Positions 1 to 9,404 of a stretch of DNA of 58,848 nt are shown here, one piece after another; the first letter of the stretch is position 1, and each line of letters opens with the position of its first letter. This DNA comes from Thermoanaerobaculia bacterium. GTDB lineage: Bacteria; Acidobacteriota; Thermoanaerobaculia; Multivoradales; UBA5704. Where the stretch lies: positions 1 through 58,848 of the forward strand of contig JBGAGQ010000038.1 of the NCBI GenBank assembly GCA_044226625.1, in the 5' to 3' direction. The translations under genes were made by a program, and so were the position numbers. The notes beneath the pieces were generated by a model. The model was not told the origin of the DNA and ran no database searches. It was given only the letters and a program-made list of their open reading frames with translations.

Positions 1-467
1 TGCTCCTGATGTTCTATTTCCTCGGGCTCTCGAAGGTGGCCGAGCCGATCTATACGCTTCGCATGCCCGGTCCTCTTCGGAAGATTTGGAGCTGCGAGCG
101 GGAGGGAAGGCTCTACCGTAGGCTGCTCGTTCCCCAGTTCGGGCAGGTGTTGCGGGACACGCCGCTACGGGTCCTCAACCTGGCGGTCTATGTGAAAAAG
201 GGCCGGCCCGACCTGCGGGTGCTCGTCCGGTACGTCGAGGCGGCGGAGGCTTCCCATTTCTGGGTCTCCATTCCGTTCGTCCCTTACGTCTCCTACCTGT
301 TTTTCACGGGTCGTCCGGGGTTCGGCGTGTCGTTTCTCCTCGTCGAAATTCTGTTCAACGTCTACCCGGTGCTTCACCTGCGGACGGTGAGAGACCGTCT
401 CGAGAGGCACTTGTCGCGGCGGAGAAGTGCCTTGCCCGAAGCGCCACCGGCCGCCTCGGTGGGCTAG
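1..467 (+). CDS. Membrane protein, CrtO (glycosyl-4,4'-diaponeurosporenoate acyltransferase)-like; probably 5'-truncated by the window edge
   Basis: Hydrophobic segments and the motif AEASHFW...FNVYPVLHLRTVRDRL resemble the AE.xH / N.P...QR..R.RL pattern of CrtO-like proteins; stop at 467. Confidence 0.45.
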   Translation, partial: LLMFYFLGLSKVAEPIYTLRMPGPLRKIWSCEREGRLYRRLLVPQFGQVLRDTPLRVLNLAVYVKKGRPDLRVLVRYVEAAEASHFWVSIPFVPYVSYLFFTGRPGFGVSFLLVEILFNVYPVLHLRTVRDRLERHLSRRRSALPEAPPAASVG

Positions 468-659
468 CTCGACCAGCCTCCTCTCCACGATCGCCGCATG
501 GCCGCGCGCGGCAGGAATGAAGGAGTCCGGCGAACGAGCCGAGCTTCAGGGCTCTGCTTAGACCTGGCTCGATAGCTGCAACAGCTCCCGGCCCAACGCC
601 GACTTCCCCGCTCTCGGTTTGCAAGATTGAGATTGCGGAATTCCGCGGGCCGGAGGCTC

Positions 660-1109
660 ATGCAAACATTTGGTACCGCCCATCTGATCTTCTGGGGGCT
701 CGCGCTGGGGATGATGACCGTCGCGGTCGCTTACGCCGTGCTCGGCTGGCGAACCGCGCGAGCTGGAGATTTCGACACGCATCGGCGGCAAATGATCCGT
801 GCCTGCCTTTGGATCGTCGCCTTCCTGGTCGCCTACCTGGCAAAGGTGGCCTGGTTAGGGCATGAGGACCTGGCTCATTGGAGCCCGTTGCGCCATCTGG
901 TGATCAACGTCCACCGCTCGATCGTCTTTGCGATGCTCGGCCTGGGGGGCTTCGCCTGGGTCCTTGGTTCTCGAGTCCTGCCGCGCCGCGATGATTTGAA
1001 AAATGTTCACCGCTGGCTCGGCCGTGGAGCCCTAATCGCTGGAATCCTGGGATTGGCGACCGCGACGATCGTCTTCTGGCAGATGTTAGCGGCCGCCGCG
1101 CAGCCGTAG
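660..1109 (+). CDS. DUF420-family membrane protein
   Basis: GGAGG RBS before ATG 660; four hydrophobic helices; GW..AR.GD..THRRQM..A...AFLVAY and HRWLGR motifs. Confidence 0.7.
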   Translation: MQTFGTAHLIFWGLALGMMTVAVAYAVLGWRTARAGDFDTHRRQMIRACLWIVAFLVAYLAKVAWLGHEDLAHWSPLRHLVINVHRSIVFAMLGLGGFAWVLGSRVLPRRDDLKNVHRWLGRGALIAGILGLATATIVFWQMLAAAAQP

Positions 1110-1195
1110 TTCACCCGTAAGGGCTTCGTCCCGCCCTCTACCGACCGCTCCCGCTCTCGATATGATGGCTGCAACTTTCAATCGAGGGCCGAAAG

Positions 1196-2566
1196 ATGCC
1201 TCAGCCTCAGCGCGCGGTCGTCCTTTCCGATCTTCATCTGGGCCCTGACAACGGGCTCTGCAGCTTCTTGGATGACGAGCCGCTCGCGGCGCTTTTGGGG
1301 CGGATCGCGGAGGAAGAGGAGCCGCTCGAGCTGGTGCTCGCGGGCGACATCTTCGATTTCCTCCAGGGAACGGGCTACGACGGCTACCGGCCGGAGAAGG
1401 CGGAGGAACGGTTCGAGGAGATCCTGCGCGCGCCGCGGACGGCGCGGGTGGTCTCGGGCATCGCCGCCTGCGCGAAGAAAGCCTCGGTCGAGATCACGCT
1501 GCTGGCCGGCAATCACGATCCGGAGCTGCTCCTTCCCGCGGTTCGGCGCCGGTTCGAGCGGGCGATCCAGCGGCTGGGCTCGGTGCGCTATCCCGAGGAC
1601 GAGCCGCTCGTCCCGGCGCGGGGGGAGCCGGACGAGCGTTGGGCCGTTCACGGCCGGCGTTTGGGCGATCCGGACGATCCCCATCGCGCCGTCTGGGTGG
1701 TTCACGGCGATCGCTGGGATTCGAGCAACGCGGTCGACCGGGAGGCGTTCCTCGGCGTCGCTCGGCCGGAGCGGGATCCCGTTCTCCCGTCGGGGTCCCA
1801 TCTGGTCTACGAGGTGCTCCAGCCGCTCAAGGGGGATCATCCCTGGATCGACACGCTCAAGCCCGAGGTGGCGGTCCTGTTGCTGCTGCTCTATCTCGCA
1901 CCCGAGGCGGCCGGGAACTTCCTTTCGAAGCACCTCGGCCTCTCCCGCAACCTGCTGCGCGGCGCGATCGAGGCGCGACTCGGACGCGGCCCGCTGCTCC
2001 GGGTACCTGCGGCGCCCGCGGAGAAGGAGCCGATTTCGGTGGGCGAGGAGCTCGCCGAGCTGCTCGCCGAGGACCTCGAGGAGGAGGGGGGCGATCCCGA
2101 TCTCCGGCTCGCCGATCTCGACGCGCTCCTGCGCGGTGATGGCGGCGTACGTGCGGGCACCCTGGCTGCCCACGGGGGCGCCGCGCGGTGGGCGGTGCGG
2201 GCGGCGCTCAAGCGGCTACGGAAGAAATCCGAGGCGCTGTTCGGCACCGAGGGGGACGGCATCCTGGAGAACGCCTGGCGGGTAGCTCCCGAGGGGCTCT
2301 CCGGGATCGTCGCCGGTCATACCCACGACCCGCGCGCCGTAGCAGAGGGCTTCCCACGCTACGTCAATACGGGGACCTGGCTGCCGATCGCGCGGGTGCC
2401 GAGCGGCGACGTCAAAGAGCTGATCGACGATCTGGACGAGAAGCGACCCTGGCCGTCCTCGACGCCGCGAACGTTTGCGCGCGTCGCCTGGGGCGAAGGG
2501 GTGCCTACCCTCTCCCTGCGGGCTGCGGACGAGCGCGGGATCGAGAGGGTGCTGGCCGATGTCTGA
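1196..2566 (+). CDS. Calcineurin-like metallophosphoesterase
   Basis: All five motifs present: SDLHLG, GDIFD, GNHD, HGD, GHTH; NTGTW near the C-terminus. Confidence 0.9.
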   Translation: MPQPQRAVVLSDLHLGPDNGLCSFLDDEPLAALLGRIAEEEEPLELVLAGDIFDFLQGTGYDGYRPEKAEERFEEILRAPRTARVVSGIAACAKKASVEITLLAGNHDPELLLPAVRRRFERAIQRLGSVRYPEDEPLVPARGEPDERWAVHGRRLGDPDDPHRAVWVVHGDRWDSSNAVDREAFLGVARPERDPVLPSGSHLVYEVLQPLKGDHPWIDTLKPEVAVLLLLLYLAPEAAGNFLSKHLGLSRNLLRGAIEARLGRGPLLRVPAAPAEKEPISVGEELAELLAEDLEEEGGDPDLRLADLDALLRGDGGVRAGTLAAHGGAARWAVRAALKRLRKKSEALFGTEGDGILENAWRVAPEGLSGIVAGHTHDPRAVAEGFPRYVNTGTWLPIARVPSGDVKELIDDLDEKRPWPSSTPRTFARVAWGEGVPTLSLRAADERGIERVLADV

Positions 2567-4805
2567 GGTGATCCTGCGCGTCGACGCGCTCGATCCGGGC
2601 AAGACCTGGAGGGTGGAGATCGAGGACCAGCGCGGCCGGGTCTTCGATCGTTGCGTAGCGCTCGCCGACGCGGACCTCGCGGCGATCCCCGACCTCGCGG
2701 CGGCGCACCGGACCTGGCGTGGCTTCGTTGCCGGTCTCGCGCCGGGCGGCGCGTTTCGACCGACGCCGGAAAACTTGAAGGCCGTGGGTCAGCTGGTTCG
2801 CGAGCGGATCTTTTCCAACAACAAAGTCGAGCAGCGGATCGAATCGATCCAAGATCTGATCGAGGGGAGGGAACGCCTGCGGGTCGCAATCGAGGTCGAC
2901 GAGAGCGACCCGGCGCTCGCCGTGGTCCCCATGGAGCTCGCCTGGCAGCCGAGCGCGTTCGTTTTCAAAAGCGACGATCGGGCGGTTTTCCGCGTCCTTC
3001 CTTCGTGCTCGAAGGCGAACCTGCGCATCGGCCGCGGCTCGCGGGTCCTGATCGCCACCGCGCACGCGGACGACATTCCGCCGCTCCCCGCGGAGCTGGC
3101 CGCCCACGCGGAAAAGATCGAGGCGGCCCTGCAGGCCGCGGGCTTCGAGGTGGAGATCCTCGCCGACGCCACCGCCGATTCGTTGTTCGAGCGCCTCGGG
3201 GCCGCGCCCGGTTTCGACCTCCTCTACCTCGTGGCTCACGGGGTCGAGGACGCCGGTAAGGGCGGGCTCCTCGTGCTGCGCGGCAAGTCGCTCTCCGGCG
3301 ACGAGCTGTCCAAGAGGCTGCTCGCCGTGGGACGACGCCGCAAGACGCTCCAGGCGGTCGTCTTCTGCTCGTGCGGTTCGGCCCTCGCGGAGCACGGCAC
3401 CCTCGGCCTCGCGCAGCGGCTCGTCCTGCCCGCTTCGGACAGCGACGCGCGGCCGGCCGCGCTCGCGACGATCGGCTTCCGGGCGCCCGTTGGCGTCGGG
3501 TTCGCGCTCCGCTTCTTCGAGCGGCTGTTCGCGAGCCTTGGGCGCGAAGGAAGCCTCGAGGACGCCTTCGCGGAAGCTCGGTTCCAAGAGGAGGACTCCG
3601 AGCCGCAGTGGGTGCTGCCGCTGCTTTACAGCCGGCATCCGCTGCCAGAGGTGGCGCCATCCCTCGAGGGCGATCCGATGCGCGGGCCGACCACCCGGGG
3701 CGAGCGGCCGAGGGAATTCGACCTCGAGCTCGGGCGCCTGCCGGGCGGCCTGCCTTTGGAGCTTCGGCGAGCTTCGGCGCATCGCTCCGGCCTGCCGCGG
3801 CAACCGCGCCCCGATTTCGTGGACCGCGTGCAGGCGCTCGACGATCTCAGGGAATGGCTCGGCCCGAAACGAAGCCCGTCGAGGCTCGCGATTCAAGGTG
3901 TGGCCGGTGTCGGCAAGACGGAGCTGGCGCTTCAGTTCGCGCGAGAGACGGAGGAAGAGTGGGGTCGTCTCGGCCACGGGCTCGTGGTTTGGCTGGACCT
4001 CTCGGGGCTGGCCGTGCGCGATGCTCTGTTCGAGATCCTAGAGCTCGCGGGCGTGCGGCTTCCGGAAGGTGACCTGACGACCGGCGAGCTGTCCGTTTCG
4101 GTTCAGGAGACCCTGGGGGCGCAGCGAGGCCTGTTGATCCTCGACGACCTCGAAGACCCCGAGCTCGCCTCGATCCTCACCCCCGGTCCCCGCTGGAAAG
4201 TGCTCGCCACCACTCGGTACGCGGGCTTGCTCGGGCAGGCGGTGGAGATCGGCCTCGATCCCCTGGATTGGCACGACGCGATCGAGATGCTGTCGCGGAT
4301 CGTCTGGGGCCTCGACGAGCCTCCCGCCGAGGGCTGGAAGGAGCGGAACGCCGTCGAAGGGATCATCGATCGGTTTGGAGGGCTACCGCTCGCCCTCCAG
4401 GTGGCCGGCTCCACGATCCGGCGGGAGTCGAAGTCGGCGGCGGAGTATTTCGCGAGCTTCGCCCGCGGTCCCTTCCCCGGGGAAGAGAAGGGATTGGAGG
4501 AAATCTTCCTTCGAGCGCTCCGCTCGATGGACCAGGACGACGAGCGAACGCTCCTCGCCCTCGCGAATCTGCCGTCCCGGGGCGTGACGCTCGGCGCCCT
4601 TGCGGCGGCCACGGACGTGGGGGTGCTTCCGGCCTCGCGGCGTGTCGAGCGGTTGGTCAAGAACGGCCTCGTCGCCTTTTCGCCGGAGCGCGGGAGGTAC
4701 GGCCTCCACGGCCGCCTCCGGGAGCTCGTCCAGCGCCGCTTGGGAAGCGCTCCGCTCCCGCCGCCGGCGCCGGCGTCCGAACCGTCGAGCGCGGCGGAAG
4801 CCTGA
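2559..4805 (+). CDS. CHAT (caspase-like) protease fused to a STAND/NB-ARC NTPase with winged helix and no C-terminal sensor repeats
   Basis: ATG 2559 overlaps the upstream stop. CHAT features: PMEL, LYLVAHG, VVFCSCGS, WVLPLLY. NB-ARC features: FVDR, Walker A GVAGVGKT, Walker B LLILDD, ATTR, GGLPLAL, MHD-like LHGRLRE. Confidence 0.8.
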   Translation: MSEVILRVDALDPGKTWRVEIEDQRGRVFDRCVALADADLAAIPDLAAAHRTWRGFVAGLAPGGAFRPTPENLKAVGQLVRERIFSNNKVEQRIESIQDLIEGRERLRVAIEVDESDPALAVVPMELAWQPSAFVFKSDDRAVFRVLPSCSKANLRIGRGSRVLIATAHADDIPPLPAELAAHAEKIEAALQAAGFEVEILADATADSLFERLGAAPGFDLLYLVAHGVEDAGKGGLLVLRGKSLSGDELSKRLLAVGRRRKTLQAVVFCSCGSALAEHGTLGLAQRLVLPASDSDARPAALATIGFRAPVGVGFALRFFERLFASLGREGSLEDAFAEARFQEEDSEPQWVLPLLYSRHPLPEVAPSLEGDPMRGPTTRGERPREFDLELGRLPGGLPLELRRASAHRSGLPRQPRPDFVDRVQALDDLREWLGPKRSPSRLAIQGVAGVGKTELALQFARETEEEWGRLGHGLVVWLDLSGLAVRDALFEILELAGVRLPEGDLTTGELSVSVQETLGAQRGLLILDDLEDPELASILTPGPRWKVLATTRYAGLLGQAVEIGLDPLDWHDAIEMLSRIVWGLDEPPAEGWKERNAVEGIIDRFGGLPLALQVAGSTIRRESKSAAEYFASFARGPFPGEEKGLEEIFLRALRSMDQDDERTLLALANLPSRGVTLGALAAATDVGVLPASRRVERLVKNGLVAFSPERGRYGLHGRLRELVQRRLGSAPLPPPAPASEPSSAAEA

Positions 4806-4900
4806 CGCCACCGTAGGAGAGATCGATTGGGGAAGATCTAAGGCCTTCTTCTCTAACGGTTTCGGCACGGCATTGAAATCGTCTTGTAAGGCGAGGCTCG

Positions 4901-5833
4901 CTACCCGCCCAGGGCTCGCAGCGCGTCCGGCCGGATCCGTTGCTCGATCGATCCGAAGCCGTCCCAGGGATCTTTCTTGAGCCGCTTGAGGCGGCGGGGC
5001 ACGGTCGCGTAGTCGAAGTCCCCGGCATGGCTCTTGGCGAGCTCTTTCCAGGTGAGCGGGGTCGCGACGGTCGCGCCCTCGCGGGCCCGGGTGGAGTAGG
5101 GGACGACCGCGGTGGCGCCTCGAGCGTTGCGCAGCCAATCGATGAAGATCTTCCCCTTTCGGGCGGCTTTCGAGGCCTGGCTCACGTAACGGTCGGGGGC
5201 GATCGAGACCAGACGCTCGGCGTAGCGGCGGGCGAATTCCTTGACCTCCGCCCACGGGCGCGTGCGGTCGAGCGGCGCCACGACGTGGAGGCCCTTCCCG
5301 CCGGTGGTCTGGACGAAGCTTTCGATTTCGAGATCCTCGAGCCCGTGGCGGACCAGCTGGGCCGCCTCGACCAACGAATCCCAGGGGACCGACGGATCGG
5401 GGTCGAGGTCGAAGACCAACCGGTCGGGATGCTCGACGTCGTCCGCGCAGGCCCCCCATCCGTGCAGCTCCAGCACCCCGAACTGGACGAGCCCGACGAT
5501 GCCGGCGAGGTTCTCGACGTAGATGTAGGGCTCGCGCTCCCCCCCTTCCTCTTCGATCGGCACCGAGCGGATCGCCTCGGGCATTCCGTCCCGGTAATGC
5601 TTTTGGTAGAAGCACGCCTTCTGCCGCCCTTCCGGGCAGCGCACCAGGGTGAGCGGGCGCTGGCGGGCGTGGGGAAGGATCCAAGGCTCGACTGCCTCGT
5701 AGTAACGGGCGAGACCCGCCTTCGTCACCCCCTGTTCGGGATAGAGCACGCGGTCGGGATGGCTCAGGCGGACGCCTGCGACCTCGATCTCGCCCGGGGC
5801 CGGGGGTCGCGTCGCGACCTTCTTTCCGTTCAT
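4901..5833 (-). CDS. Stand-alone LigD polymerase/primase (PrimPol) domain
   Basis: SHPDRVLYP, RPLTLVRCPEG, FYQKH, DRLVFDLDP, TTGGKGLHV, KIFIDWLRN, PYSTRAR motifs. Confidence 0.9.
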   Translation of the reverse strand: MNGKKVATRPPAPGEIEVAGVRLSHPDRVLYPEQGVTKAGLARYYEAVEPWILPHARQRPLTLVRCPEGRQKACFYQKHYRDGMPEAIRSVPIEEEGGEREPYIYVENLAGIVGLVQFGVLELHGWGACADDVEHPDRLVFDLDPDPSVPWDSLVEAAQLVRHGLEDLEIESFVQTTGGKGLHVVAPLDRTRPWAEVKEFARRYAERLVSIAPDRYVSQASKAARKGKIFIDWLRNARGATAVVPYSTRAREGATVATPLTWKELAKSHAGDFDYATVPRRLKRLKKDPWDGFGSIEQRIRPDALRALGG

Positions 5834-7188
5834 GGAAGGGCGGACCTCTGATCCACCGCGGTCACCCGCCAGATGACGTTGCCCACGTCGTCGGCGAGCA
5901 GCAGGGCGCCGCGCCGATCGATCGCAACGCCCACCGGGCGGCCCATCGCGTCGCCTTTCTCGGTGACGAAGCCGGTGAGCACGTCGATCGGTTCGCCTGC
6001 GGGGGCGCCTTCGGCGAACGGCACGAAAATCACTTTATAACCGCTGCGGGGTTTGCGATTCCAAGAGCCGTGCTGCCCGACGAACATGCCGCGCTGGAAC
6101 CGGGAGGGGAGGGTGGTTCCCTCCGCGGAGGCGAGCCCCAAGGAGGCGGTATGGGGCCCGAGTGCGTAGTCGGGCACGATCGCCTTGGCGACCAGATCGG
6201 GGCGCTGGGGCTTCACCCTCTGGTCGACGTGCGCGCCGTAGTAGCTGTACGGCCAACCGTAGAAGCCGCCCTCGCGCACCGAGGTCAGGTAGTCCGGCAC
6301 CAGATCGCTGCCGAGCTCGTCGCGCTCGTTGACCACCGTCCAGAGCTTGCCGCTTTCGGCCTCCCAGGCGAGACCCACGGGGTTCCGCAGGCCGGTGGCG
6401 AAGACGCGGTGGCGTCCGGTCGCGGCGTCGATCTCCCAGATCGCGGCGCGGTCCTTTTCTTCCTCGATGCCGTTCTCCGCCACGTTGCTATTCGAGCCGA
6501 CCGTGACGTAGAGCTTCCTACCGTCCGCCGAGGGGATGACGTTCTTCGTCCAGTGATGGTTGCGCGGCCCCGCGGGCAGGTCAGCGACCTTGGTGCCCGC
6601 GGCTGTGATTTGAGTGGTGCCGGGGCGATAGGGGAATTTCATCAAAGCGTCGCTGTCGGCGACGTAGAGGTCGTCGCCGACCAGGGCCATGCCAAACGGA
6701 GAGTAGAGACCGGAGAGGAGGACCGTTCGCGTCTCAGCCCTGCCGTCGCCGTCCGCGTCGCGCAGCAGCGTGATCCGATTGGCGCTCGGCGCAGCGCCGC
6801 CCGCTTTCTTCTGGAACAGCTTGAAGAAAAACCCTTTGAATCCCCGATTGTCGCGCGGACGCTCCGGCGCGTTGGTCTCGGCGACCAGCACGTCGCCGTT
6901 CGGCAGGACGTAGACCCATCGCGGATGCTCGAGATCTCGGGCGAACGCGGCAACGGCGGTTCCCGGCGCGGCGACGGGCGTCTGCCCCTCGGACCACCCT
7001 TTCGCTTTGACGACGTTCACGAGCGGGATGAGTGACTTCGTGGGCGGTGGCAGGGTCGGGTTCGGGCCGGTTCCGGCCGAGACGGGAAGGCGAGCCTTGC
7101 CGGTCGCGCAGGCCGAAACCAGGGCTCCGACGACCACCAGGCAGACCACGACCACCAGGGCGACCAGGACCTTCATCGCATTACGCAT
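5830..7188 (-). CDS. L-sorbosone dehydrogenase / PQQ-dependent sugar dehydrogenase family beta-propeller, exported (possible lipoprotein)
   Basis: GGAGG RBS before ATG 7188; hydrophobic N-terminus ending LVSAC; HHWTKN, GSNSN, GLRNPVG, NERDELG, FYGWPY, HGSWNR. Confidence 0.85.
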   Translation of the reverse strand: MRNAMKVLVALVVVVCLVVVGALVSACATGKARLPVSAGTGPNPTLPPPTKSLIPLVNVVKAKGWSEGQTPVAAPGTAVAAFARDLEHPRWVYVLPNGDVLVAETNAPERPRDNRGFKGFFFKLFQKKAGGAAPSANRITLLRDADGDGRAETRTVLLSGLYSPFGMALVGDDLYVADSDALMKFPYRPGTTQITAAGTKVADLPAGPRNHHWTKNVIPSADGRKLYVTVGSNSNVAENGIEEEKDRAAIWEIDAATGRHRVFATGLRNPVGLAWEAESGKLWTVVNERDELGSDLVPDYLTSVREGGFYGWPYSYYGAHVDQRVKPQRPDLVAKAIVPDYALGPHTASLGLASAEGTTLPSRFQRGMFVGQHGSWNRKPRSGYKVIFVPFAEGAPAGEPIDVLTGFVTEKGDAMGRPVGVAIDRRGALLLADDVGNVIWRVTAVDQRSALP

Positions 7189-7284
7189 CGATTCACCTCC
7201 GCGGGGCGGATGAACGGCGGCGGCGCCGCGCGCCGCTCTTGAAAACAGCAAGATCCAGGCCGCGCTCCGATGGGAAAGGAAATG

Positions 7285-7794
7285 TCATCTCGGGCCGGGC
7301 GCCTGCCAGAGGGTGGAGCCCCGCCTCCGGTTCTTGACCCACCGGGGAAGGGCGAACCAGAAAATCGCGAAGACGAAGAGGAGGGCGGTCGCCAACAGCG
7401 TGGAGAGGTCTCTTGCCTCGGTCACCATCAGGGTCACGACGTAGAAATCGAGGGCGATGCCCAACGCGAGCGGAACCATGCTGATCAAGAGGAGACGGGT
7501 CGACAACCGGATGAACGTGTCGGTGATCTCGCGCGCACCCATGGTGCGATGGATCGCCGCCGGCGTCATGATCAAAGCCACCGCAACGGCGACCAGGGCG
7601 GTCGCCAGGAGATGGAGACTTTGATCGGTTTCGATGAGCCTTTCGGAGAACGTGGGGTTGAACGTGGCGATCAACTGGAAACCGAACAGAGCCTGAATTC
7701 CGGGCAGCACCATCCGGCATTCCTCGAGCAGGAACTCGACGGCGCGTGTAAGCGGGAGGACCTCGCGTTCCGAGGTCTGGACCTGTGGGCTCAT
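7285..7794 (-). CDS. DUF6328-family membrane protein
   Basis: LLEECRMVLPGIQALFGFQL..TF and PAAIHR motifs; several TM segments. Confidence 0.75.
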   Translation of the reverse strand: MSPQVQTSEREVLPLTRAVEFLLEECRMVLPGIQALFGFQLIATFNPTFSERLIETDQSLHLLATALVAVAVALIMTPAAIHRTMGAREITDTFIRLSTRLLLISMVPLALGIALDFYVVTLMVTEARDLSTLLATALLFVFAIFWFALPRWVKNRRRGSTLWQAPGPR

Positions 7795-7901
7795 TGGGAT
7801 TTCCCTGGCGTTCGGAGAGGAGAACTCTGCAAAAGCCGCCGGGGAACGCCCGTGGACGTTCCCCGGCTATATATTGAGTCAACGGGTCTGGCGTTCCGAG
7901 G

Positions 7902-8393
7902 TCAAGCCGCGGCCAGATTGTTGACGGAAGCCTCGGCGACCTCGCTGAGTTTTTCGTCCGCCTCTTTTTCCTCGGCGAGCGACTGCTCGAGCAGCTCCGC
8001 CGCTTCGGTGTGGCCGAGCCGACGGGCGAAGGCACAAAGAGTGCCGTAGGCGGCGATCTCGTAATGCTCGACCTTCTGGGCCGCCGCGATGATGCCGGCG
8101 TCCAAGACCTCGGCGCTCGCGTCCTCCTTGAGCAGCTCCGATCCCTCTTCGAGCAAACCTTCCATTCCCTTGCACTTCTGCCCGCGACCGCTCACCTCAA
8201 GACCCTCGAGGACGGTCTCGAGGCGCTCCACCTGCTTCTCCGTAACCTGCCGATGCTCTTCGAGCGCCATGCTGAGCTCGTCGTTCGAAGCGGCCTTGAT
8301 CATCTTGGGCAATGCCTTGAGGATCTGGCTTTCGGCGCTGTAGATGTCTTTGAGCTCGTGTACGAAGAGCTGTTTCAAATCCGTGAGTTCCAT
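7902..8393 (-). CDS. yciF: Ferritin-like stress protein, DUF892 (YciE/YciF family)
   Basis: GGGAGA RBS before ATG 8393; ELKDIYSAE.QI.KALP, C.GMEGL, AAQKVEHYEIAAYG, EEK.AD.KL. Confidence 0.88.
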   Translation of the reverse strand: MELTDLKQLFVHELKDIYSAESQILKALPKMIKAASNDELSMALEEHRQVTEKQVERLETVLEGLEVSGRGQKCKGMEGLLEEGSELLKEDASAEVLDAGIIAAAQKVEHYEIAAYGTLCAFARRLGHTEAAELLEQSLAEEKEADEKLSEVAEASVNNLAAA

Positions 8394-8467
8394 TTGATTC
8401 TCCCTGCCTTGATTCTCCGGCCCGGGTCCGACGGGCGTCGAAACCGGTTGGTTGGGTTGGACTGTGC

Positions 8468-8668
8468 TTAGAGCACGTACCTCGTCGGGTCGACTCGCGA
8501 GGAGCGGACCTGCAGTCCATCGCGCTCGCGTTCGTCGGAGGTTTCGTCGTCGTCCTCCTCGTCGATGCGCGGCTCGATGACGTCGTCCTGCCGACGCTGC
8601 CGTTCGCGCTCCTCGTCGGAACGGCCGGAATCCTCCCAGGTCTCTCGGTTCTGCGGTTCGTTGCTCAT
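8468..8668 (-). CDS. Small acidic hydrophilic protein (66 aa)
   Basis: AGAGGAG RBS upstream of the ATG; D/E/R-rich, likely disordered; stress-island context. Confidence 0.55.
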   Translation of the reverse strand: MSNEPQNRETWEDSGRSDEERERQRRQDDVIEPRIDEEDDDETSDERERDGLQVRSSRVDPTRYVL

Positions 8669-8803
8669 CTGCGGCTCCTCTCGTTCGGTCTCCCGCGGTA
8701 CGACAGCTCAGAAAGCGAGTCGATGCCAAGGGCGTGGGTGGAATTCGCTGCGTCGGGAAGAGCCCGGGCGGGCGGTGAGACCGCCCGGACCGCGACGGCC
8801 TTT

Positions 8804-8986
8804 CTACCGTTTCTCCGTACCGCGGGACGTCTCGCGGCCATGCTCGCTGCCGCCCGGCGCCTCGCGTCGCGAGGTCTCGGTGCGATCGCCCGCCGTACGG
8901 GTGTCGAGTTCGCCCTGGTTGCGCTCTTGTCGCTCGCCGGACGTGCTCTGCTGGTTTCCGCGATGGCTCTCGTTCCTGTCGGGCAT
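8804..8986 (-). CDS. Small hydrophilic (hydrophilin-like) protein, 60 aa, MPDRNESHRGNQQ...
   Basis: AAAGGAGA RBS before ATG 8986; sigma54-type motif upstream; leader similar to that at 22500. Confidence 0.6.
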   Translation of the reverse strand: MPDRNESHRGNQQSTSGERQERNQGELDTRTAGDRTETSRREAPGGSEHGRETSRGTEKR

Positions 8987-9043
8987 GATGAATCTCCTTT
9001 TGGAGTTCGTGCCAGCGGGATTGCCGACGTATTCGAGCTGAAG

Positions 9044-9061
9044 TGCAAGGTGAATGCCCGG
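9044..9061 (-). promoter_or_regulatory. Putative sigma54 -24/-12 promoter
   Basis: Minus strand CCGGGCATTCACCTTGCA = GG-N10-GC with GGCA...TTGCA, about 58 nt upstream of ATG 8986. Confidence 0.6.
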
Positions 9062-9305
9062 TCCGACCGAAAGGGTTTTCCGCGGCGTCGCCCCTTGCCT
9101 ACTCTCCGTGCCCAAGCCCTCTCCGGCCGGCCGGACGATCCTGCGCTTTCCGGCCGGCAAGCCTTGCTTCGGCGCCGCTACGCGGCCGCACAAATTGCAG
9201 CGTTGTGGCGTGCGATCGAAGGACGGGAAGGCTCTCTCGACCCCTCCCCCCTGCAAGCGGTTCGATGGGAGCCTCGACCCCAGCGCAAGCGCGGCGGAGG
9301 GAGTT

Positions 9306-9322
9306 GGGGCATATCTCTTGCT
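9306..9322 (+). promoter_or_regulatory. Putative sigma54 -24/-12 promoter
   Basis: GGGGCATATCTCTTGCT = GG-N10-GC, upstream of the DUF2231 gene. Confidence 0.55.
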
Positions 9323-9404
9323 CGCATCGAGAGCACCGAAAAGAAAAGCACCCTTCTCGGCAGCTTGCCAACGGCGGATCGATTCGAACCAAGAGGAGAT
9401 GAAC

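Noticed and set aside
4901-5833. Phage or plasmid primase-polymerase marking a mobile element
   Set aside because: The motifs are LigD-Pol type, and no helicase, integrase or phage genes are nearby.
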